Shown here: positions 26,874 through 37,840 of the stretch, in pieces
Numbering within the stretch: position 1 is the stretch's first letter
Layout of the letters: every line of letters begins with the position of its first letter
Assembly (NCBI GenBank): GCA_003225215.1
Contig: QIBC01000002.1
Span: 6,589-70,588, forward strand
Length of the DNA: 64,000 bases
From: Acidobacteriota bacterium
GTDB taxonomy: Bacteria; Acidobacteriota; Terriglobia; Terriglobales; Acidobacteriaceae
Direction: 5' to 3'
Notes under the pieces: generated by a model
Told to the model about the DNA's origin: nothing
Database searches by the model: none
What the model saw: the letters and a program-made list of their open reading frames with translations, nothing else
Program-made: the position numbers and the translations under genes

Positions 26874-28648
26874 TTTGCCGTGGCGACCCCTTGCTGACGG
26901 AGATAAAGTTCATCTGCATTCCAGAGAACGTACGGTTCGAGTGGCGCCGGACGAAAGTTTGCGACTTGCTTGGTCGCGCCGACCAGCACATTGGGGCTGG
27001 CCAAGAAAATGAATGGCAAATTATTCGCGATGAGGGCCTGAGCTTCGTCATAGATGCGCTTGCGCTTCTTATATTCCAGCGTGACTAATTGCCGATTCAG
27101 GAGCGCGTCAAGTTCCGCTTCCCATGGTGTCGCCGGCTTGGTCTCATGCATGTTCCAGAGATGGGTACTGCCATTCGACATCCAAACGTTCATGTCGCCA
27201 TTTGGGTCCGCATCGCCACCTCCGAGACCAAGGACGCACGCGTCGTAATCGTTCGATTGGAAGACACGATCCATCACGGCGCGAAACTCGAGTGGCACTA
27301 CGTGCACACTCATTCCGAGTTGAGCCAGATCATCTGCGATCAGCGTGGCCATCTTCACGCGTTGCGCATTCGAAGAACTGGTAATGATGGTAAACTCGAC
27401 GGGCTTTCTTTCGAGGTCCAGAAGTTTTCCCTTCTCGTCCCATGAGAATCCCGCGGATCTCAAGAGATCTTTCGCCTGCGGAATAGAGCGTTCAGGATGG
27501 GGAAGCTCTCGGTTGATCCACAATTTGTTTCCTGGAGTTACGTTTCCCCAAATTGGTACCCCACGACCCCCAAAGGCTAATTTCACGATGCTCCGGCGAT
27601 CGATAGCGAGCGAGATGGCTTGGCGAAACCGCAGGTCACGAAACCATGGCTGTTCTCGAGAAATCTGCTGAAACTTGTCGGGTGGTAACTCGTTCAGATT
27701 AAAAAACAGGAAGTTGTATTCAAGACTAGGGCCGAGATCAACCAGATCATATCCACGATTTTGCTGTTCGCGGGCCATTGCCGGATAGTTATCTGGGCTG
27801 AAGCGACTGATTACGCTAGTCTCGCCCGATTGAAATCGCAAGATCTGTGCATCTTCGTTGCCGACGAAGAGAAACGCAATCTCGTCGAGATAGGGCAAAC
27901 GATGGCCGTCGCGATCTGCCTTCCAGTAAAACGGATTTCGCTCTAGGACTAGTCTTTGACCCGGTAGGTACTGTTTCAACCGAAACGGTCCCAATCCCGC
28001 AATGGTATCGGGAGCAGTGTTGAGAGTCAGCGCCTGAGCGAACGATCCCTGTTCGTAACTCTTGAGAAGGAGATGCTGGGGAAGTATCGCCACGCTATCG
28101 AAAATCCGCTCAGCCGCAGCGTAGGGCTGAGACATGTCAAAGCGAACTGTGTGATCGTCGATCTTGACCGCAGAGATCGGCTTGCCGCCGATAGTTAGAA
28201 GATCGCGATTCGGCGAATGGACTTTTTCATCAAGGTACACGCGAAAGCTAAAGACAACGTCATCTGCGCTGAAGGGATAGCCGTCCGAAAAACGTACTCC
28301 CTGACGAAGCTTGACGGTGAAGCTGCGTCCATCCGTCGACAACTTCCACGAGCTGGCTAGTGCGGGCTCAGTCTGTTGCGTTACACGATTGATGTGGACG
28401 AGGTCAGCCATCATTCGGCCGATCACTTCGCGGGATGGACCGTCTGTGGCCGTAACCGGGTTCAGTGTTTTTGGCTCAGCGCGCTGTCCAACCACAAGCG
28501 TGCCGCCATATCGACCTACTTCGGCCGAGCTGACCTGAAGCTCTTCCCCTCTTTGAATCCGTTCGGGCGCTGGGGCAGAGGACGCGTAGCTGTCGATACC
28601 AGATATTGCCCTGAAGGCAAGGAGCGAAAAGATTGCAAGCTTACGCAT
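26870..28648 (-). CDS. ABC transporter substrate-binding protein, family 5 (peptide/nickel type)
   Basis: Signal peptide MRKLAIFSLLAF, GGTLVVGQRAEPKTLNP, and the size and pattern of DppA/OppA-like SBPs. Confidence 0.9.
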   Translation of the reverse strand: MRKLAIFSLLAFRAISGIDSYASSAPAPERIQRGEELQVSSAEVGRYGGTLVVGQRAEPKTLNPVTATDGPSREVIGRMMADLVHINRVTQQTEPALASSWKLSTDGRSFTVKLRQGVRFSDGYPFSADDVVFSFRVYLDEKVHSPNRDLLTIGGKPISAVKIDDHTVRFDMSQPYAAAERIFDSVAILPQHLLLKSYEQGSFAQALTLNTAPDTIAGLGPFRLKQYLPGQRLVLERNPFYWKADRDGHRLPYLDEIAFLFVGNEDAQILRFQSGETSVISRFSPDNYPAMAREQQNRGYDLVDLGPSLEYNFLFFNLNELPPDKFQQISREQPWFRDLRFRQAISLAIDRRSIVKLAFGGRGVPIWGNVTPGNKLWINRELPHPERSIPQAKDLLRSAGFSWDEKGKLLDLERKPVEFTIITSSSNAQRVKMATLIADDLAQLGMSVHVVPLEFRAVMDRVFQSNDYDACVLGLGGGDADPNGDMNVWMSNGSTHLWNMHETKPATPWEAELDALLNRQLVTLEYKKRKRIYDEAQALIANNLPFIFLASPNVLVGATKQVANFRPAPLEPYVLWNADELYLRQQGVATAK

Positions 28649-29660
28649 AGCTCTGTCCTGAGTTGATCCTGGCACCAGCTTGGTGCAACGCATCGGCGAG
28701 AACGAAGTACGTAAGTGAAACCGCGACTAGAGCCACAAGCGGGGCCGCCATCCACCAATAGGAGCTCACAGTCTGGAACTGCTGAAAGGCCGACAGCATG
28801 TTTCCCCAACTGGGTACCGGCTCACCGATGCCGAGTCCAAGGAAAGAGAGCGTAGCTTCTGCTGCCACGAACTGTGGAATCAGAGTCACCGCCTGCGCGG
28901 TAATAACCCCTAGTGTCTGAGGAAGCACATGCCGTCGCAAGAGATACCATTCCGATGCTCCGAATCCGCGAGCTGCGGAAACGAATGGCCTCTCTCTCGC
29001 GCTGAGCACTACGCCGCGAATGAGACGCGCCGGGCGGGCCCATCCCATCGCGCCGATGACGGCAGACAAAAGAATCAGGGTTCTTGTCGGCTCCACGTGT
29101 AACGGGAGAGACCCGCGGATTGCGAGCAACAAGTAAATCCATGGCAACGCCAGAACGAGTTCTGAGCTGCGCATGATTACTGCATCGACAGCGCCGCCGA
29201 AGTGTCCTGCGATCCCTCCAGCCGCAACGCCAATCAGCAGCGACAGTAGGGTTGCCACCATCGCGGCTAATAGGGAGATTCGTCCGCCAAATAAGAGACG
29301 AGAGAAAATGTCACGCCCGTAGCCATCCGTTCCGAAAAGGAACAGATCGGCCTGACTATCCACAGCCAGCAAATGTATCCCATCGGATTTGCGACTCAGG
29401 AAGCGAATCGGATATCCCGAACTGGGATCCTCGCGATATTGAAACCCTTCGCCTTCAACAGGAACTGAAGGGTAAACAAACGGACGAATGTGTACCTGAC
29501 CTTGCGCATCCACAAAATGCAGTTTGGTCGGTCGGGCGTAAGCGTGTTCTCTGTGTTGCGCAGACGGCATATACGGTGCAAAGAAACCAGCGAACAGAAT
29601 TCCGCAATGCACTGCCGCGAAAGCCATCGCAATGGCGAATATCTTTCGGTGCATCAGCAT
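28641..29660 (-). CDS. ABC transporter permease (DppC/OppC-like)
   Basis: Six TM segments and an EAA-like loop VSAARGFGASEWYLLRRHVLP. Confidence 0.9.
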   Translation of the reverse strand: MLMHRKIFAIAMAFAAVHCGILFAGFFAPYMPSAQHREHAYARPTKLHFVDAQGQVHIRPFVYPSVPVEGEGFQYREDPSSGYPIRFLSRKSDGIHLLAVDSQADLFLFGTDGYGRDIFSRLLFGGRISLLAAMVATLLSLLIGVAAGGIAGHFGGAVDAVIMRSSELVLALPWIYLLLAIRGSLPLHVEPTRTLILLSAVIGAMGWARPARLIRGVVLSARERPFVSAARGFGASEWYLLRRHVLPQTLGVITAQAVTLIPQFVAAEATLSFLGLGIGEPVPSWGNMLSAFQQFQTVSSYWWMAAPLVALVAVSLTYFVLADALHQAGARINSGQSYA

Positions 29661-30622
29661 TCGGCCCTCACGCGCGGATCGACGGCGTACAGAAGCACAT
29701 CGCTGATAAGATTCGCTATTACCAGAAGAACGGAGAACAGCATAACGACTGCCATCACCACATGAAGATCGCGAGCGAAGATCGCGTTAATAAAGAGCGG
29801 TCCTAATCCTGGCCATCCCATAATGACTTCAATCAGGAATGATCCACTCACCAATCCCGCCAAAGAGAGGCCGAAAAGAGAGATCAGCGGATTTGCTGCC
29901 GCTGGTAAAGCGTGGTGCAGGAGCAGACGTCGATTCCCGATTCCATGTCCCTTCGCTGCCTTGACGAAGGGTGAGTTCCAAGCTTCCAGCATCGCTGCCC
30001 GGACGTGACGGAGGAGCATAGGAGCCGCGACCAAGGCCAGTACTGTGGCCGGGATTGCGAGATGGCGAATCACGTCAGCAACCGCAAAGCCAGTTTGTTC
30101 GGAATACAATGAGGTCATTCCACCAGTAGGCAATACCCCGAAGCGGGCCGCAGCGAGCATGAACAACATTCCCAACGCCAGTTCCGGAGAGCTGAGGAGC
30201 AGCGTTGATATTGCCGAATTGCCACGATCGATCCAACCTTTGGGACGGAATGCTCCCCAAATTCCTAGAGGTAACGCCAGCGACCAGGCGATTAGCATGG
30301 CTGTCGTTCCGAGCAGGAAAGTGTTTCGCATTCTGGTCCACAACAGCGCGCTGACGGGCATGTTGTACGCGAGTGAATACCCAAACTCACCGGCAAACGC
30401 CGACGCGATCCATCGAAGATATCGGACGGGTAGCGGCTGATCGAGCCCGTATTGCACCCTCAAGGAGTCAACAGTCTGTGCAGAGATCTGCGGATTCAGG
30501 CGCATCTCGTCGAGGAATGTGCCCGGAGCGAGTTGCGCAATACCAAATGTAAGAACCGAAATTGCAGCAAGCAGAAGTACGGCGTGCAGGAAGCGACGTT
30601 TGAGATAATCGAGGATTCTCAT
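29654..30622 (-). CDS. ABC transporter permease (DppB/OppB-like)
   Basis: MRILDYLKRRFL N-terminus and FVKAAKGHGIGNRRLLLHHALP EAA loop. Confidence 0.9.
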   Translation of the reverse strand: MRILDYLKRRFLHAVLLLAAISVLTFGIAQLAPGTFLDEMRLNPQISAQTVDSLRVQYGLDQPLPVRYLRWIASAFAGEFGYSLAYNMPVSALLWTRMRNTFLLGTTAMLIAWSLALPLGIWGAFRPKGWIDRGNSAISTLLLSSPELALGMLFMLAAARFGVLPTGGMTSLYSEQTGFAVADVIRHLAIPATVLALVAAPMLLRHVRAAMLEAWNSPFVKAAKGHGIGNRRLLLHHALPAAANPLISLFGLSLAGLVSGSFLIEVIMGWPGLGPLFINAIFARDLHVVMAVVMLFSVLLVIANLISDVLLYAVDPRVRAEC

Positions 30623-32250
30623 TCCGCCTCCGCGGGTGCGAAGGCATGCTTGCTTTGAGCATGCAGCAAGTGCTCCGCTCGCCCGATGTTCGAGGTATAT
30701 CCGATCTCAGCGCGGTTGTGCTGCTCGACGATCCTGCCGTCTTGCATTACCAGGATTCGGTCGGCGACCTTGGAGACAAGCTCGAGATCATGAGAGATGA
30801 GTAGCTGCGTGATCCCCAACCTGTGTCTGAGATTCACGAGCAGATCAAGCATCTCGTCTCGCGTTTGAGAGTCAAGACCAGAGAGAGATTCGTCGAAAAT
30901 CAAAAGGCTCGGCTCGAGTGCCAATGCCCGTGCGATTACTAATCGTTGTTTTTGTCCTCCACTGAATTCGTGACACGACCTCTCCGCGGTCGAAGGGTCG
31001 AGCCCGGTTTGTTGCATCAACAGTTCGGCCGCTCTCCTCCTATCTTTTCGACTGGCCCCGTTCCGGACTACGAGTGGCTCCGATATAGCTTCAGTCGCCG
31101 AAAGTCGCGGATTGAGGGCCGCTGCGGGATCCTGGGAAACGTATTGCAGGCGACTGCGAAATGCACGCAGCTGCTGAGATGGCAAGCCAAGAAGGTTAGT
31201 ACCCTCGAAAAGAATCTCGCCTGCATCAGCCTCCTCAAGCAACGCGATGCAACGCGCCAGCGTTGACTTTCCCGAACCAGAGGGTCCGACTAGCGCGGTC
31301 AGCGAGCCCCTCGTGATGCTCAGGTCGATTGAGTGCAGTGCCTGTTTTTCTGCATTCTTTTTTCGAAACAGTCCGCGCGGCTTATAGCACTTGCTCAGGT
31401 TACGAACTGAGATGAGCGTAGTTCTCGAGTCAGGTGCGAGGCCCAATTTTGTACCGGAGGAGATGCACATACCCGACGAGAGATTGCCGCGATCATTGGT
31501 GGAAGGCAAGTTGAGGGTCCTATCTGCGAGCCTGCCCGTGACCGTGTGATCGTGACTGATTAGTAGGAACGCTGCTCCGGTCTCCCGTCGAAGGCGGTCA
31601 ATCAAGTCGAGAACTTCATTTTTCAGCCTAGCGTCGAGACCCGCTGTCGGTTCATCGGCGATGACCAGCGCAGGCCTACATATCAACGCTTGCGCAAGAA
31701 CGATGCGATGAGTCTCCCCCCCACTCAACTCGTGTGGATACGCCTGGTAATAGCGCTCAGTCCCTAATTGGACTTGATTCAACATCAGTCGGGCCTGCTG
31801 CCGGCACTCTTCCGAATTCAGTGCACTGTGAGCCCGCAGAACCTCCGCGATCTGATCTCCAACGCGCATTACTGGATTCAAGGCAAGTGCAGGTTCCTGG
31901 TAGATAATGGAAACTTCGCGGCCACGTATCTCGGAGAGCTGAGTCTCTTTGAGCTTCAACAGATCGTTTCCGCGAAAGAGAGCTTCGCCCCGCACAGCCG
32001 CTCCACGGGGAAGGAGTCCTAGCACAGCCAGTGCAATCGACGTCTTCCCGCTACCCGATCGGCCCTCCAGCCCCAGCACCTCCCCGGTTCGGACCTCGAA
32101 GCTCAGAGCCTCCACGGCGACACGAGTGCTGTCCCGCGTCGCATAAGACACAGTAAGGTCGCGTACCTCAAGCAAGGTGCGGATTGGCGAAGAAACGGGC
32201 AAGAGAGACACTCCGTCCGTGGGCGCAGCCAGGGCGCTTATGCCGGGCAA
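30619..32250 (-). CDS. fused double ABC ATPase (DppD/DppF-like)
   Basis: Two Walker A motifs (GRSGSGKTS, GPSGSGKST), two signature motifs (LSGGETHR, FSGGQKQR) and two Walker B motifs (VIADEPT, LIFDES). Confidence 0.92.
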   Translation of the reverse strand: MPGISALAAPTDGVSLLPVSSPIRTLLEVRDLTVSYATRDSTRVAVEALSFEVRTGEVLGLEGRSGSGKTSIALAVLGLLPRGAAVRGEALFRGNDLLKLKETQLSEIRGREVSIIYQEPALALNPVMRVGDQIAEVLRAHSALNSEECRQQARLMLNQVQLGTERYYQAYPHELSGGETHRIVLAQALICRPALVIADEPTAGLDARLKNEVLDLIDRLRRETGAAFLLISHDHTVTGRLADRTLNLPSTNDRGNLSSGMCISSGTKLGLAPDSRTTLISVRNLSKCYKPRGLFRKKNAEKQALHSIDLSITRGSLTALVGPSGSGKSTLARCIALLEEADAGEILFEGTNLLGLPSQQLRAFRSRLQYVSQDPAAALNPRLSATEAISEPLVVRNGASRKDRRRAAELLMQQTGLDPSTAERSCHEFSGGQKQRLVIARALALEPSLLIFDESLSGLDSQTRDEMLDLLVNLRHRLGITQLLISHDLELVSKVADRILVMQDGRIVEQHNRAEIGYTSNIGRAEHLLHAQSKHAFAPAEAE

Positions 32251-32669
32251 CGTAAGTATTTCGAATGCGGGAAGTCATAGCTCTATCCAACTCAAGGAGG
32301 ATAGTCACTTTCGTAACTATTCGGGCCGCCGGATTGCAGCCGGGCGAGCTAGGCAAAGGAAACAGCAGTTGACGTGCTGATGTTATACAGTCGATCCCAT
32401 TGAAGCCAATATCCCACGCCCGCGTCTCTACCGGGGAGAAAAGACTCTGCTGAATGCGCCTCAGTCGTTTCCGCAGACAGTTTGTAAAGCTCATCGTCTG
32501 AGTTCTGAGGTGATCGCAATCGAACACTTCCGACGTAGTTCGGGCGGCTGATTCTCCCTTGTTGCTGAGCCAGGCCTCGGGAATAAAGGACTTGTATAGA
32601 CATTCGACTGGAGAGAAGATTGCTCGGGCCCTAATAGAAATCCCTTCCTATTTACTGGAGAGATCGAAC

Positions 32670-33563
32670 GTGAAATCCCGTGCCCGAAACCTAACAGTCT
32701 CAGTTGTGTGTTCCTCCATTCTTGCCCTGTGCAGATTCTGTTACAGCGCCGATACCACAGCACATCGTGAGATGCTGGTTTCGACCGCTTGGTTGGCTGA
32801 TCACCTGAACGATGCCAATGTAGCTGTTATTCAAGTCGGGCACGACCATGGCGATTATGAAAAAGAACACATTCCAAACGCTCGCTTCCTGAGCACAAAC
32901 GATTTCACTACTGGGCACACTGGATTGATGGTTGAGTTGCCCGCGTCCGACAAGCTTAGGCAAACCTTCGAGGACTTGGGCATAAACGATGACACTCGGG
33001 TGGTGATCTATACGACCGATTGGTATCCGGTAGCAGCGCGAGCCTTCTTTACCTTCGACTATCTGGGCCACACCAACACGGCCTTACTCGATGGAAGCCT
33101 CGCCCAATGGAAGGCAGAGAATCGGCCGACTGGTACAGACGAACCCAAAATCGCCAAGGGAAGCATCACACCCCGTGTGAACCAGTCGGTGCTCGCATTG
33201 CTGGCGGACGCGAAAGCTGCATCACAACCTGACTCGCAGTTCGTTCTTGTCGACTCACGTCCGAAAAAACGCTATACCGCTGGACATCTTCCCCGAGCTG
33301 ACGACATCTTTTGGGAAGAGACCGTCGCGAGCGCAAAGAAGCCAATCTTTCTGCCTCCCGAGGATCTGCGCAGATTGTTTTCGTCGCGAGGTGTTGCTCC
33401 AGGTCATAAGCTGATCACCTATTGTGAGATCGGTTTGCAGGCTTCGCACATGTACTTCGTGGCGAAGTATCTCGGCTACGAGGTTTCCATGTTCGACGGT
33501 TCGTTCTATCAGTGGAATGACGTTGAGCATCTCGCTTCCGTGAAAGGTAATGCTCCGCGGTGA
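32670..33563 (+). CDS. two-domain rhodanese-like sulfurtransferase (secreted/periplasmic?)
   Basis: MLVSTAWLADHL, two rhodanese modules and the catalytic loop YCEIGLQAS. The start is uncertain, either GTG 32670 with a signal-like N-terminus or TTG 32559. Confidence 0.82.
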   Translation: MKSRARNLTVSVVCSSILALCRFCYSADTTAHREMLVSTAWLADHLNDANVAVIQVGHDHGDYEKEHIPNARFLSTNDFTTGHTGLMVELPASDKLRQTFEDLGINDDTRVVIYTTDWYPVAARAFFTFDYLGHTNTALLDGSLAQWKAENRPTGTDEPKIAKGSITPRVNQSVLALLADAKAASQPDSQFVLVDSRPKKRYTAGHLPRADDIFWEETVASAKKPIFLPPEDLRRLFSSRGVAPGHKLITYCEIGLQASHMYFVAKYLGYEVSMFDGSFYQWNDVEHLASVKGNAPR

Positions 33564-34495
33564 ACCATTGGCAGGAGACCAGACGGACGCTTTCAGTTTG
33601 GGCTCTGGTTCGGTTGCTCATCCTGACAGCTGCTCTCGCACCATCGATTTGGGCATCAGACGCTGGGAATTCCTTCAAGACTGACATGTTAGTGAGCACG
33701 GAGTGGCTGGCTGATCATCTACGAGACTCCAATCTGATCGTCTTATGCATTGTTGATGACGAGCGGTTCTACCTTGCGGGCCATATTCCCGGAGCCCGGA
33801 TGATTCGACTGGCACAGATTGTGACCACACGCGAGGCCATACCAAATGAATTGCCTTCGCCCAGCAATCTTCAGCATGTGTTTGAGGCCGCTGGGCTGAG
33901 CAATAACTCTCACATTATTCTCTATGGAGAACGCTCGGGGATTCTGGCTGCTCGTGCTTATTTCACTCTCGACTATCTTGGGCTCGCGGATCGAGCGGCG
34001 CTGTTGGACGGTGGCGTCGAAAAATGGCGAGCGGAGAGGCGCGAGGACTCAACGGCGGTACCGGCAGTTCGCGTCACCAAGTTGGGGATTCGCCCTCGTC
34101 CCGAGATTCTTGTAAGTCTTGCGCAGATGACTGAGTATTCACGATCAGCCAAAGGGGATGCGGTTCTCATGGATGCCCGTCCGCCATCCGAGTACGCCGG
34201 CGAGAAGCTTTCGGAGGACGTTTCGAAAGCCGGGCATATTCCGAATGCGGTAGGCCTGTATTGGCGCAACTTCCTTCGGGACGATTCCAGTACTGAATTG
34301 AAACCCGCAAACGAGTTGGAAGCCTTGTTCCATGCGTCAGGTGTTACTGCAGGGAAGGAAGTCGTTAGCTACTGTCGGACTGGCATGCAATCCTCTTTCA
34401 GCTACTTCGTTGCCAAATATCTGGGATACAGAACCCGCATGTACGATGGCTCGTTTTATGAGTGGAGTCGATCATCCCCGCCCGTTCAACACTGA
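33560..34495 (+). CDS. two-domain rhodanese-like sulfurtransferase, paralog
   Basis: Signal-like N-terminus, MLVSTEWLADHL and the catalytic loop YCRTGMQSS. It overlaps the previous gene by 4 nt. Confidence 0.85.
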   Translation: MNHWQETRRTLSVWALVRLLILTAALAPSIWASDAGNSFKTDMLVSTEWLADHLRDSNLIVLCIVDDERFYLAGHIPGARMIRLAQIVTTREAIPNELPSPSNLQHVFEAAGLSNNSHIILYGERSGILAARAYFTLDYLGLADRAALLDGGVEKWRAERREDSTAVPAVRVTKLGIRPRPEILVSLAQMTEYSRSAKGDAVLMDARPPSEYAGEKLSEDVSKAGHIPNAVGLYWRNFLRDDSSTELKPANELEALFHASGVTAGKEVVSYCRTGMQSSFSYFVAKYLGYRTRMYDGSFYEWSRSSPPVQH

Positions 34496-34564
34496 ACTTC
34501 CCTACGAGCCTTGGTAGTAAGCAGTGGCGACTTGTACGCTCTGGACTGACCATCTGTCCGGAAC

Positions 34565-37371
34565 ATGAGAACGACATTCCCAACCTACATCGCGATCGCA
34601 ATTCTTCTCTTTTCCACCTTAGCCATCGCGCAGACCCCAGATACCGCGATCATTGTTGGACAAGTCTTCGATTTAACGCACTCTGTCGTTATCGGTGTTC
34701 GCATAACAGCTACCAATGATGCCACTGGGCTAAAACGAAGTGCGGAGACTGATAGCAAGGGCAAGTTTTTTCTTGCCGCCCTGCCAGTCGCGGGCAGCTA
34801 CACGCTTACTGCTAGCAAGGCTGGGTTCGCTGACGCGCGAGTCGAGAACCTGAACCTCGCGGGTGGGCGCTCAGCCGAGATGAGTCTGCAACTCAATCCT
34901 TCTGCGGGATCGACCGTTATCGAAGTGACAGGAGTCGTCGGTGAGGTTCTAACCGATGAGCCTCAGCTGGGAGAACGCATCGACAGTAAGCAGGCTCAAG
35001 AGACACCTCTCCTGAATCGTCGCATCACGTACCTGCCTTTGCTGAACTCGGCCAATCGTCCGGCGCTCAATCAGGGCGACGTTTTCATGAACGAGAACTT
35101 GTTTACTACAAATGGTTCCGGCAGGAGGCAAACCTCCTTCGAGGTGGACGGCAGTACCGGCAATGACAGTTGGGGCAGGCAAACAGTCTTTACAAATCTC
35201 CCGTTGTCGAGCGTGCAGGAGATGACTGTTCTCGAAAACGCATTCTCCGCAGAGTATGGCGCAACCACGGGCGGGGTGGTGAATATCGTTACCAAGAGTG
35301 GAAGCAACGCCCTGCATGGCGAAATTCTTGGAGCATTTCGCCCTTCGGATACGCAAGCCAAACTCTCCGGATTCACTGCAGCAAATGCTCCCAATGGCAA
35401 TGCCATCACTGACGATTCATTGAAGCAGACTTCAGCTTCGTTCGGTGGCCCGATCGGCTCAAGCGGACGCACCCACTTTTTTGTTTCGGGCGAATACACA
35501 TGGCAAAATCGCACCTCACCGGTCACATCGCCAGTTTCGCCTGGGCCATTCGAAGGGCATTATCGCGGCTGGTTGGCTTTCGCGCGCCTCGATCACACGA
35601 TCAACAATCGCCACAGCCTGTTCTTCCGCAGCAACGTTGACAATTTCCACGACACCAATCCGAATGGAGCGGTTGGTGGCAACAGTCTGCCCACCGTTGA
35701 CCGCATCTTCAAACGTCGAACCTACTCGGAAGAACTAGGCGAGACCGCGGTATTGAAACCCGCACTTATCAATAGCGCGCGTTTGCAATTTCAGTTGGGA
35801 TCGCCCATTACCGAGTTCGATCCCGCGGTCTTCAGCACGCAGTACACAGTTCCCATTAAGGGCGTGGGAAGCTTTGTGAGTGGGACATCGCAGGCAGCGG
35901 AACTGCAGAATCGTCAATACGAGTTCAGCGATACGCTCTCCGCTTCAATAGGTCGGCACGAACTGCGATTTGGAGCAGATGTGATTCATGCCCATAACGG
36001 TGGTAATGGTAAAGAATTTGGGGGACCCAGTTTTCTAGGAGCCTTCACTTACAAGACCTGAACCTTGGATTACGGTACGAGCAACAGACATTTACTGACG
36101 CTCGAAAGGACTTTGCACCCCGTGTTGGATTCGCCTACAACCTCGGAGGTAAAGGGCGAACGGCAATTCGCGGTGGATTCGGAATTTACTATTCCCAGCT
36201 CATTAACAACGCGCAAGCGAACTACGCACTCTCGGGACCAACCGGCTTCTTTAACTTCACCGCTGGGCCAGGACAGATAGGGTTTCCGAGCAGCGTATCC
36301 GCAGCTCCGTTGCCGACGTTTCCGCCCGGCGCGCGTATGCCGGTTCGTAACTTTTATCTCCGCCCTGGGCGGGCTTCGTTTTACAACCAGTTCTTTCCGG
36401 TATCGGCACTCGTAGGATATCCGGACGCACTCCTTAATCCCTATTCGGAACAATGGACCTTTGGAGTTCAACATCAGCTCGCGCCAAACTGGCTGCTGTC
36501 GATAGACTATCTGGGTTCGCACACGCTAAAGATTGTTCGCCCGCTGGATGTCGATTCGCCTGCATCAGTCGTGCGGGCGATCACGAGCTCGGGCATGCAG
36601 TCCGTGCGCACTGCACAGGCGGCCAACTGCGCGCGTCCGCTGTGGATCGCTTTCTACAATCTCGGTACTCCGTGCAACGCAACGCAGGCCACCAATCCCC
36701 AGCCGGCGTATGCTCAGATCCTCAGTGACGTGAATAACGGCTACGCCTTTTACCACGCTCTAAACGTCAACCTGAATCATCGCTTTACCAATCGTTTCCT
36801 GATGCTGGCCAGCTATACGCGGTCGCATTCGACTGATAACGTCGATCCGGATGTTCCCGGACAGAATCCGAATGATCCGAACATCACGGGTGCGGCGGAG
36901 TATGGCAATGCCATCTTTGATCAACGCCATCGATTTGTGCTCAGCGGATATTATGTGGGGCCGCTGAAAATCACAGTTGGCGGTGTGTCTACCATTGCCT
37001 CGGGATTGCCATATAACCTGACAACCGGCGCCAACAATTTTGGCGATCCGGGAGCGACGGCGGATCGCCCGTTAATCAATGGAGTGATTGTCGGCAGAAA
37101 TACGGGCCGGGGAAGGGCGATCTACGATGTGTCTCCAATGATTGAACGCCCGTTTGCGCTTGGCTCTGAGCGTGTCCAGCTCACAGTGCGCGCGGAAGCA
37201 TTCAACGTCTTTAATCACGCCAATTTCGTCGGGTTCAATGGAGCATTCGGAAACGGAACCACTTTACCGCTGGGACCGGGTGGTCAAAGCGTGATTGGGC
37301 AGCCATTAGTCGGAATCACAAATCAGTTACCGGCGCGTTCGCTGCAATTCCAGGCAAGGCTCAATTTCTAG
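34565..37371 (+). pseudogene. TonB-dependent receptor with N-terminal CarboxypepD_reg domain, interrupted by a frameshift near 36040-36060
   Basis: The first ORF (34565-36061) has a signal peptide, a CarboxypepD_reg domain (IVGQVFD...SKGKFFLAALPVAGSYTL) and a plug. The reading continues one frame back from about 36046 as LNLGLRYEQQTFTDARKDFAPRVGFAYNL... through to the terminal ...LQFQARLNF. Confidence 0.75.
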
Positions 37372-37414
37372 CGTTTCACAAGTCGTTTATACTGACCGCG
37401 AACGGAGAAGCTGG

Positions 37415-37840
37415 ATGTGGCTTAAACGGAAGTCCGGCGCGCGACAAGCTCCGGTGGAGCAGCTAGGCGCGCTCGAATCAGAGTTGATGGAGCGTATTTG
37501 GGCCCGTGGTGAGACGAGTGTTCGCGATCTTCACGATGAAATCGCCTCCCGACTGGCGTACACCACGGTAATGACAACGCTTGATCGGCTTTTTAAGAAG
37601 GGCCTTTTGGATCGACGCGCTGTAGGTCGCGCTTTTCATTACACCGCGCGAGTAAGCAAGCACGACTACGACCAACAGCTTACTCAACATTTACTTGGAA
37701 TTGCGGTCGAGGAGAGCGGGAGTAAGCAGGCGCTGCTGTCTTGTTTTGTCGATTATGTGAGCGATTCCGACCGCAAGCTGCTCGATGAGCTTGACGAGCT
37801 GATCAAGGCGAAAAAGCGAAGTCTACGGGCCTCAAGATGA
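37415..37840 (+). CDS. BlaI/MecI/CopY family transcriptional repressor
   Basis: Winged-helix LESELMERIWARGETSVRDLHDEI...YTTVMTTLDRLFKKGLL. Confidence 0.9.
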   Translation: MWLKRKSGARQAPVEQLGALESELMERIWARGETSVRDLHDEIASRLAYTTVMTTLDRLFKKGLLDRRAVGRAFHYTARVSKHDYDQQLTQHLLGIAVEESGSKQALLSCFVDYVSDSDRKLLDELDELIKAKKRSLRASR

